A stretch of DNA of 64,000 bases from Blastocatellales bacterium (GTDB lineage: Bacteria; Acidobacteriota; Blastocatellia; RBC074): the NCBI GenBank assembly GCA_050249535.1, contig JBFWQI010000001.1, positions 149,541 through 213,540 on the forward strand, read 5' to 3'. How positions within the stretch are numbered: the first letter of the stretch is position 1; each line of letters starts with the position of its first letter. The translations under genes were made by a program, and so were the position numbers. The notes below the pieces were generated by a model. The model did not search any database and had not been told where the DNA came from. It saw nothing but the letters and a program-made list of their open reading frames with translations. Below, piece by piece: positions 51,601 to 64,000 of this stretch.

Positions 51601-52150
51601 CGGGAAGGTCGAGCGGGAGCTCAAAGGCCACGAAGGCGCGGTCATTGCGGTTGCTTTCTCGCCCGACGGCACTACGCTCGCAAGCGGAGGCGAGGACGGA
51701 TCGATCCGTCTTTGGGACTTCACAAAAGGAAACCTGATCAGAAAGCTCGACGGGCACAAGGTGCCGGTCAGTTCGCTCAGCTTCTCGATGAGCGGAACTT
51801 TACTTGCGAGCGGCAGCGACGATCAGACGGTCAGGCTGTGGGATGTTCGGAGCGGCGTCGCAGTCCGCTCGCTCGAAGGGCATAGTCTGTACGTGCTGGC
51901 AGTCGACTTCACGCCGGACGAGAGGACGCTGGCCAGCGTCAGCGACGGCGCGATATGGCTGTGGGACGTCGGAACCGGCAAACTGTTGCGAAAGATCAAA
52001 GAGGAGTTCGAGTCCGTCACGTCGGTCTCATTCTCGCCCGACGGGCGAACGCTGGCGGGCGGCATCAGCAACGGCAGTATCCATCTCTGGCCCGGCGCCC
52101 GGGACGAGCAGATCACGCGACAGTGCGGCAGGTGCGCATCGAAACGATGA
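48647..52150 (+). CDS. STAND-type P-loop NTPase (nSTAND-like, NPYxG...FFGRD family) followed by a predicted transmembrane helix and about 14 WD40 repeats (1167 aa).
   Basis: The N-terminal motif is NPYVGPRPFETGRRLFGRDRETEDLYYLL. Walker A is SPSGAGKSS at residues 51-59 and Walker B is IVIIFDQFEE at about 141-150. A hydrophobic helix (IVSVLTVLAIAAAIVAFW) lies at about residues 472-490, nt 50054-50117. Repeated WD40 units of the form GHxxxVxSVAFSPDGxxLASGSxDGTVRLWD run from about nt 50320 to 52140. Confidence 0.8.
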   Translation: MNHLNTPRGGDENPYVGPRPFETGRRLFGRDRETEDLYYLLSAERIVLLYSPSGAGKSSLIQAGLVPRLAGKFDVWGPTRVNLQPSGELPAGVNRYVRSAMLGLEQGIPESRRRPESELVGLSLADYVSGRPRRRSAPDNIVIIFDQFEEILTVDPLAVEAKKEFFNQLGELLLDPRIWALFALREDYLAPFDTYAEMIPTHLRNRFRLDLLGRESAREAIVNPARDGGREFADEAVEKLVSDLATVKVQQPDGKFIDQLGQHVEPLQLQVVCRRLWERMPDEDRRIDLEDVLELGNVTEALSGYYAGEVGKLAAGDDRTAREIREWVDEKLITADGIRSQVLRGAGRSEGLDNDLIARLINTHLIRAEQRVGAVWYELAHDRLIAPIREDNRRWFDSHLHQVQKLAKIWGAQDEPPGLLLAGKELEEARQWAARNDRILDLERRFIEKSTVRQEQIERERRQAIRQRRMLRIVSVLTVLAIAAAIVAFWQMRVAEQKERDLQASLRTSRGLLYVASQLQAWEAYDARQYSQAAEYLESSMPDATVGGPDVRSYDWYLLWRLMHDEKQTLAGHRSNVTSVVFFPDGRTAASGDAGGELRVWDTASGKEVRTIADASDSISSMALSGDGRMLAVGGTKAVRLFETTNWKMIREIAAIQSPALSLAFATGGKMLASGHADGTVVLRNPGDGSELQPRLEKHDAGVIAVSFSPDGNFLACGDLDGTVKVWDVGNGNRRQEALLLLQTTLTSLAFSPDGSKLAIAYGAGIISLRNAADRREIWKTTNGGAIINTIRFSPDGKLLASASVDGSIRLIDAATGTEARALKGHLASVRSFAFSPDGRSLVSGSHDHTVRIFDLTALPEYPKLSGHDKDVIAVRYSADGRMIASGSEDGTVALFDAGSRKLRWRSEDQGSPVNAIALSPDGSRLAGGAGDGKLRLWDAANGSTLWPQPQVHGESIKSVAFSTDGKSLASGSDDGSIVIHAASDGKVERELKGHEGAVIAVAFSPDGTTLASGGEDGSIRLWDFTKGNLIRKLDGHKVPVSSLSFSMSGTLLASGSDDQTVRLWDVRSGVAVRSLEGHSLYVLAVDFTPDERTLASVSDGAIWLWDVGTGKLLRKIKEEFESVTSVSFSPDGRTLAGGISNGSIHLWPGARDEQITRQCGRCASKR

Positions 52151-52173
52151 TCGGAATACCTGGAGAATAGAAG

Positions 52174-54843
52174 ATGGCGGATCAGTCGAAATTTCTGCAT
52201 TTCAACGGCATCAATGGAGCGACCGGCGATTACGGCATTCCACCGATGACCGGCGAGGAACTGGCCGGCTTCATCAAAGGTGAGTCGGCTCCCGAGAACC
52301 TTGCCGAGCTCAAGTTTCGCCGGCAGCAGGCCTCGCAGAGCCATTACGGCGTCAAGGAAGGCGTCGATCCGAAGAAACTCGACGAAGCCGGGTGGGGAGT
52401 GATCTTCGCGCACGATGCCGCGCCCGGGATCAGGGAGGCGCTCAAGCCTCTGCTCGACCTTCGCCAGGAGCAGGCCGGAACGCGGTTTCGCATTTACGAG
52501 GGCGGAAACGGGTATCGGGTCGGGAAGGACACCAAGAGTTCATTTCTTGCCAGGCACGGCGCCGGGCCCGGCCCTGCCGATCCGGACAAGGTGCCTTATT
52601 ACCTTCTGATCGTCGGCGGTCCTGATGTCATCCCCTATCGTTTTCAGTCGCAACTGGACGTCCAGTACGCCGTCGGCCGCATTCATTTCGAGACTCTCGA
52701 GGATTACGCCGTTTATGCTCAGAGCGTGGTCGCGGCCGAAAACGGCGGGATAAAGCTGGCGCGAAGGCTGAGCTTTTTCGGCGTGACGAATCCGGATGAT
52801 CCGGCCACCGGAGCTTCCGAACAGTCTCTGGTCAGCCCGTTGTATGCATATTTCAAGGACCGTCCCGGATGGCAGGTCGAAGCGATTCTCAAGGAGCAGG
52901 CCGGCAAGTCGAAGCTGGCTGAGTTGCTGGGAGGAGGCGCCACTCCGGCGCTGCTCTTCACTGCCAGCCACGGCATGGAGTTCCCTCTCGGGCATGCCAT
53001 GCAGATTCCGCACCAGGGGGCACTGCTTTGCAGCGACTGGCCGGGCCCGAAGAATTTTCACGGAGCGATCCCTGAAGACTTCTACTTCGCCGGTGACCAT
53101 CTGGCGAGTGACGCGAGACTGGCGGGACTGATCAGCTTCCATTTCGCCTGTTATGGCGGAGGCACTCCTGAACTGGACGAATTCGCCCAGCAGGCATTCA
53201 AGGGGCGCCAGGCCATCGCGCCGAAGGCTTTCCTGTCTGGTCTGCCCACACGGATGCTGAGCCACCCCAAAGGCGGGGCGCTGGCCGCGATCGGTCATGT
53301 CGACAGGGCATGGTCGACATCATTCGCATGGTCTGGGGCGGGCGCCCAGACGACGGTCTTCGAGAGCACTATCCAGCGCCTGATGGATGGCCATCCGGTC
53401 GGCTCGGCGCTCGAATATTTCAACGAAAGATATGCCGAGTTATCGACCGTTCTCAGCGATGAACTGGAAGAGATCCAGTATGGAAAGATCGTCGAACCGT
53501 ACGAACTGGCAGGCATGTGGACGGCCAACAACGATGCGCGCGGTTACATGATCCTTGGAGACCCCGCAACACGATTGCCGCTTGCGGCCGACGGGGAAGA
53601 ATCTCGTGAACGGCAGGCGATCGAGATCGTTCCATATACCGCGGGCAACGCGACGGCTCCGCCGCCGGTTGCTTCCGCGCCGGCTGATAGACCGCCGGCC
53701 GAACCCGGCCCCGCGAGCTTCAGCGTTCCCACAACGGCCGGGGACGATGTTCTCTTCAGCGCTTTTCACCCGCGGGCGCTCGATGTCGGAGAGTGGCAGA
53801 AACTGCTGATATACGCTCATCTGCAGGAAGCCCTCGATGCGATCAAGACCGACTCAGGGCAGGTGCTGGGATTGAAGTCGCCCGACTATCGACAGTCTGA
53901 GGCCAAAGCGACCGCCAAGATCGCCCATGGGACCGAAATCACACTCGTCCCGCAGGCGGATGGACTGGAATTCAAGCCTCAAAGCGCCACGCTGACGTGG
54001 TCAGGCGCATGGCAGCGTGCGGATTTTGAAATGGCCGCGACCGACAAGCGTGCCGGCCATGTCGTGACGGGAACGGTCGCATGCTATGTCGGCCCGTTGC
54101 TGATCGCCCAGATCAGGTTGCCGGTGGTAGTCAAGCGCCCCGGGGCTGCAATCGAACCGGAGGTCGACGGGCAGGCGGTCGAATCGGCCAAAATGTATCA
54201 GGCTGTCTTCGCCTCCTATTCACACGCCGACACGCAGGTGGTCGAGGCGGTCGAAGCCGCCTACAAAGCCCTCGGAATGGATTACCTGCGCGATGTGATG
54301 ACTCTCAAGAGCGGGCAGAAATGGTCCGATCAGCTGCTCAAGATGATCGACGATGCAGACATCTTCCAGCTCTTCTGGTCGGACAAGTCCAGCGCGTCAC
54401 CGTATTGCGAGCAGGAGTGGCAGTACGCGCTGAGCCTGGCAGAGCGCAAGGGGCCGGCCTTCATCCGGCCGGTCTATTGGCAGAAGCCGATTCCGAAGGT
54501 GCCGGAGGGACTTCGCGCGCTCCACTTCGCGCCGGTCGATTTCAGCCGTTTCATCGCTCCCGCCGCGAAGCCGGAACAGCCTGCGATTACAGCGCCGGTC
54601 GAAATTGACGATGAGCTCAAGAAACTGACCGTTTCGACATACACCGTATCCGATCCGGCGAATCCTCAAAATCCGCGACTCGTAGCGAGGTCGCGCATCA
54701 CGCTCGATGGCGATGTCGAGAACTTTGTGCTGGAGAATCTGACTGCTGACGATGAGAAATACCTTGAGCTTCACCATCGGATGTCGGGAGAGGCCGCGTC
54801 TGCGCGTCTGACATATATTGAAAAGCTCGCGAAGAATCGTTAG
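52174..54843 (+). CDS. Fusion protein (889 aa): an N-terminal clan-CD caspase/gingipain-like cysteine-peptidase-like domain, a proline-rich linker, a beta-rich middle domain and a C-terminal TIR domain.
   Basis: Candidate catalytic His266 in LLFTASHGMEF and Cys326 in ISFHFACYGGG show the clan-CD HG...AC spacing. The TIR signature runs from about nt 54190 to 54540: YQAVFASYSHADTQVVEAVEAAYKALGMDYLRDVMTLKSGQKWSDQLLKMIDDADIFQLFWSDKSSASPYCEQEWQYAL. It includes the conserved Glu of TIR NADases in the CEQE motif. Confidence 0.7.
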   Translation: MADQSKFLHFNGINGATGDYGIPPMTGEELAGFIKGESAPENLAELKFRRQQASQSHYGVKEGVDPKKLDEAGWGVIFAHDAAPGIREALKPLLDLRQEQAGTRFRIYEGGNGYRVGKDTKSSFLARHGAGPGPADPDKVPYYLLIVGGPDVIPYRFQSQLDVQYAVGRIHFETLEDYAVYAQSVVAAENGGIKLARRLSFFGVTNPDDPATGASEQSLVSPLYAYFKDRPGWQVEAILKEQAGKSKLAELLGGGATPALLFTASHGMEFPLGHAMQIPHQGALLCSDWPGPKNFHGAIPEDFYFAGDHLASDARLAGLISFHFACYGGGTPELDEFAQQAFKGRQAIAPKAFLSGLPTRMLSHPKGGALAAIGHVDRAWSTSFAWSGAGAQTTVFESTIQRLMDGHPVGSALEYFNERYAELSTVLSDELEEIQYGKIVEPYELAGMWTANNDARGYMILGDPATRLPLAADGEESRERQAIEIVPYTAGNATAPPPVASAPADRPPAEPGPASFSVPTTAGDDVLFSAFHPRALDVGEWQKLLIYAHLQEALDAIKTDSGQVLGLKSPDYRQSEAKATAKIAHGTEITLVPQADGLEFKPQSATLTWSGAWQRADFEMAATDKRAGHVVTGTVACYVGPLLIAQIRLPVVVKRPGAAIEPEVDGQAVESAKMYQAVFASYSHADTQVVEAVEAAYKALGMDYLRDVMTLKSGQKWSDQLLKMIDDADIFQLFWSDKSSASPYCEQEWQYALSLAERKGPAFIRPVYWQKPIPKVPEGLRALHFAPVDFSRFIAPAAKPEQPAITAPVEIDDELKKLTVSTYTVSDPANPQNPRLVARSRITLDGDVENFVLENLTADDEKYLELHHRMSGEAASARLTYIEKLAKNR

Positions 54844-54873
54844 CCGGATCAGTAATTCTGAAGGGATGATTAG

Positions 54874-56965
<2,092 letters not shown>

Positions 56966-56979
<14 letters not shown>

Positions 56980-59014
56980 CACAACTTCCGAAGCCTCGAT
57001 GGCCGGTCTGAATCCGTATATCGGTCCGAAGCCCTTCGAAACGGGTCGCCGTATTTTCGGGCGCGATCGTGAGACAGAAGACCTCTACTACCTGCTGAGT
57101 TCCGAGCGGATAGTGCTGCTGCACTCTCCCTCCGGGGCAGGTAAGAGTTCGCTGCTTCAGGCCGGACTCATCCCCCGACTGGCCGGGAGATTCGATGTCT
57201 GGGGGCCGACGCGCGTCAATCTCCGCCCGCCGCCTGATCTCCCCGCCGGCGTCAACCGATATATCCGCAGCGCCATTCTGGGATTCGAGGAGGGGATACC
57301 TCAAAGCAGGCGTCGAAGCGAAGACCAGCTCAATCAGATGACGCTGGCCGAATATGTCAATAACCGGCCGAGGAGGCGATCGGCTCCTGAAAACATCGTA
57401 CTGATCCTGGACCAGTTCGAGGAGATCCTCACCTCCGGTCCGCTGGAGATTGCAGCGAAGCGCGAATTCTTCTCGCAGATCGGCACGCTGCTGCTCAATC
57501 CCAGGATCTGGGCCATCTTCTCGCTTCGCGAAGATTATCTCGCCCCGCTAGATCCATATTCCGGCTATGTCCCAACGCACTTCAAGAACCGGTTTCGCCT
57601 GGACCTGCTGACCCGTGAAGCGGCACTCGAGGCGATCGCCGGCCCCGCTTTGCAGGGCGGCCGCGAATTCACTCCTGAAGCTGTCGGAAAAGTGATCAAC
57701 GATCTCTCGACTGTCAAAGTGCAGCAGCCTGACGGATCGTTCATCGATCAGCCTGGCGAATATGTCGAGCCGTTGCATCTGCAGGTTGTCTGTCGCCGGC
57801 TCTGGAATCAGATGCCGGGTGACGACCTCCGGATCGATCTCGAGGATGTGGTCAATCTCGGCGATGTGTCGGAGGCGCTGTCCGGATACTATTCGTCCGA
57901 AGTCCGCGAAATAGCCGGCGGCGATGATACCCTAGAGCGAGAAATCCGGGAGTGGGTCGGAAACAGGCTGATTCGCGCCGGCGGAATACGCGGCCAGGTA
58001 TTGAAAGGGGCAGGCAAGAGTGAAGGACTGGACAACGACCTTATCGCTCAACTCGTCGATGCTCACCTTGTCAGGGGTGAAGTGCGCTCCGGTGCCGCCT
58101 GGTATGAGCTGGCTCATGATCGTCTGATCGAACCTGTCAGATCCGACAATAATAAATGGTTCGATGACCACCTCCACAAATTTCAGAAGGTTGCGCTGAT
58201 CTGGAATGCCAACGGCAACCCTGACAGCCTGCTCCTGCTCGGAGCGGATTTGAACGAGGCGAACGAGTGGAAGCAGTCGAATGCAGACAGGCTGACCGAA
58301 GTCGAGAATAAATTTCTTGAATCCTCGAACGCAAAACAGTCGGCAATCGATCAGAGGCGCAGCCTGCGAAAAATGAAGGTCGCCGGATGGGTCCTGGCCG
58401 CCGTGGTGCTCATTCTTTCAATCCTGGGTATTAATCTCTGGCTGGTTTATAAGCAGGTGGTGGCTGCCTGGTCCGAAGCGAAAATTCAAAGCGAACTCGC
58501 CAGTCAGCAGAAAATAATCGCTGAATCCAACATGAGGCTGGCGCAGGCTGAAGAGAAGAAGGCCAGGGACCTCAGCGAAGCTGCTCGCCAGCTCGCAGCG
58601 CGCGAACTTGCGCTCAAGCTGCAGAGCCTCGCCCGGCAGAAAAAACTCGACGAGGTGAGCGAAGTCATCGAGTCCATCAAGATAATCGCAGACAATGAAT
58701 TCAGATTCTCGGTCTCTGTCGCCCCGGCCGACGCCGAAGGGACAGGATTCGATACACTCTGGTGGATCGAATTACACCCGAAAAAGGAGTCGCTCGAAGG
58801 GAAGGCTGAAAAGATCGCGAGGATTTATTACATCCTCAATCACGAATCCTTTTACCAAAACCTGCGCGTCGGGCTGCCACAGAACAATTTCTTGTACAAG
58901 TATCGCGGATGGGGCTGCCTCGAAGAGGTGATGGCGATCGTCGAGTACAAGGATCCGAAGACTGCACCGTCAATCTCGTTCTTCGATCAATGCGCTGAAT
59001 GGAAGGAAAAATAG
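56966..59014 (+). CDS. Second STAND-type NTPase, paralogous to the 48647-52150 gene. It has a transmembrane helix, a coiled coil and an unknown C-terminal domain of about 110 aa in place of the WD40 repeats.
   Basis: MAGLNPYIGPKPFETGRRIFGRDRETEDLYYLLSSERIVLLHSPSGAGKSSL is about 80% identical to the first NTPase over roughly 400 aa, with Walker B ENIVLILDQFEE. A transmembrane helix (VAGWVLAAVVLILSILGINLWLV) lies at nt 58378-58452. A coiled coil of about 70 aa (SELASQQKIIAESNMRLAQAEEKKARDL...) follows. The start is ambiguous: 56966 overlaps the upstream gene by 14 nt, 56999 is the MAGLNPY start, and the ORF-track start is 56936. Confidence 0.75.
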
Positions 59015-59028
59015 AATGGGAGGCAAAG

Positions 59029-61463
<2,435 letters not shown>

Positions 61464-61488
<25 letters not shown>

Positions 61489-61666
61489 TTACGGTATCCC
61501 TCCTGCATTACTCCGGACGACATCGGCTTGCCGGTCTCATCGAGGATCACCGGATTGGCCTCGCGGGCGACGAAATAGAGCGCCACCAGGATGCCGATGA
61601 ACAACAGAAAGATCAGTCCGAGGATCAGCTGCAGAAATCTGCCGCCGCCCGGAGCTCCGGCTTTGC

Positions 61667-61670
<4 letters not shown>
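61464..61670 (-). CDS. Small single-transmembrane-helix membrane protein (68 aa) lying between ccoG and ccoI, in the position of CcoH/FixH.
   Basis: There is one hydrophobic helix (FLQLILGLIFLLFIGILVALYFV). It overlaps ccoI by 25 nt. I see no confident similarity to CcoS or CcoH. Confidence 0.3.
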
Positions 61671-63040
<1,370 letters not shown>

Positions 63041-63056
63041 TTATTAATGTACCTGA

Positions 63057-63250
<194 letters not shown>

Positions 63251-63290
63251 GGCAACTTCACCTTATTGCTGGCAGTTGCGGGAAATATGA

Positions 63291-63977
63291 TCAATGACAG
63301 GTTCCGGCGGCGGATTTTACGGCGGCGCCCGCGGGCGTTGCGCTCCAGAGCATGACACCTCGAAAGATCAGGACCAACCCCAGCAGAACCACGCTCACGG
63401 CCGCTACGCGGCTGCCCCATCGACTCAGTTTCCTGCTGACGAAACCAGAAAAGAGCCCCAGCATCATCAGCGCGCCGGCCGTTCCGAGGCCGAAAACCGT
63501 CATCGTAAGTGCACCTGCAAACGGCGTGCCTGATGCCATCGCCTTGAGCAGCGCGGCATAGATCAGGCCGCATGGCAGGAAGCCGAGCATCAGCCCGAGA
63601 GCGAATTTATCGATTGTCCTGGACGATGAGATCCGTTTGCCGAGCGGTTTGAGGAAGCCGGATGTGACCCTCAGCAGGTCCAGTTTGCGGAGCTTCTCGA
63701 TCGGAACCAGATCCAGCATGACCAGACCGGCAAGAAGCATGAGAATCCCGGCGATAATGGCTGTAAGGTTTTCTATGCCAGCAAGTTGACCGGCCAGATC
63801 AAGACTCCGGCCGGTCAGTCCGGCAATCCCTCCAAGGACGGTGTAGGTGATGATTCGACCGGCATTGTACGCCGCATGCGCGGGCAGCATTCTGATCCCC
63901 GGCCGGTCGCCGATGGCGATGCTGTACGAGAGAACTACGGGCCCGCACATCTGAATGCAATGCAGGCTGCTCAGCAA
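63291..63977 (-). CDS. Polytopic membrane protein with paired Cys motifs (DsbD_2/TauE-SafE-like), associated with the cco maturation cluster.
   Basis: The 228-aa product has about 6 transmembrane helices. An N-terminal CIQMCGP motif and a central GFLPCG motif are present. Confidence 0.45.
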   Translation of the reverse strand: MLSSLHCIQMCGPVVLSYSIAIGDRPGIRMLPAHAAYNAGRIITYTVLGGIAGLTGRSLDLAGQLAGIENLTAIIAGILMLLAGLVMLDLVPIEKLRKLDLLRVTSGFLKPLGKRISSSRTIDKFALGLMLGFLPCGLIYAALLKAMASGTPFAGALTMTVFGLGTAGALMMLGLFSGFVSRKLSRWGSRVAAVSVVLLGLVLIFRGVMLWSATPAGAAVKSAAGTCH

Positions 63978-64000
63978 TCCGAAACTGAAGATGATTGAAA

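Noticed and set aside
52174-53600. Alternative reading of the N-terminal domain of the 889-aa protein as a non-peptidase fold (for example a metacaspase-unrelated periplasmic binding domain).
   Set aside because: I did not fully reject this. I keep it as a caveat: the clan-CD call rests on the HG...AC motif spacing and the genomic context, not on a confirmed profile hit.

Overview
This is a 64 kb window of high-GC bacterial chromosome. It most likely comes from an Acidobacteriota (Solibacter/Bryobacter-like) genome. The evidence is two giant secreted proteins that end in the Solibacter-type C-terminal domain (Soli_cterm, recalled from memory), CarboxypepD_reg-type TonB-dependent receptors, and NHL/BNR repeat proteins. 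About 35 protein genes are supportable. They include the housekeeping genes rel/spoT, an EF-G paralog, ABC-F, ybaK, ridA, the zwf-gnd-rpiB pentose-phosphate cluster, lctP, a glycogen debranching enzyme, a histidine kinase and OmpR-type regulator pair, and the cbb3-oxidase maturation genes ccoG and ccoI. No tRNA, rRNA or CRISPR array was recognised by eye.

The standout feature is a tightly packed four-gene locus at 48.6-59.0 kb. It encodes two paralogous STAND-type P-loop NTPases with an N-terminal NPYxGxxPFETGRRxFGRDRE motif. One has a transmembrane helix followed by about 14 WD40 repeats. The other has a transmembrane helix, a coiled coil and an unknown C-terminal domain. The NTPases flank two different clan-CD caspase-like proteases, each fused to an NADase-type effector domain: a gingipain/caspase-like His-Cys domain fused to TIR, and CHAT fused to a ThsA-like SIR2. 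This looks like an NTP-dependent, protease-gated NAD+-depletion conflict system (defence or programmed cell death) that I do not recognise as a named defence system.

The window also contains a family of miniature inverted-repeat elements (MITEs) with the terminal sequence GTAACTGCTCAGCC and 8-bp AT-rich target-site duplications. One copy carries a nested 66-bp derivative. Another copy is inserted into a member of a second repeat family, (AGTAGAAAGT)n hairpins that sit immediately next to stop codons. Other non-genic structures are a GGAGTCCCG tandem/inverted repeat, a segmental duplication bracketing a BNR/Soli_cterm gene, and a 190-bp AT-rich palindrome in the cco cluster.
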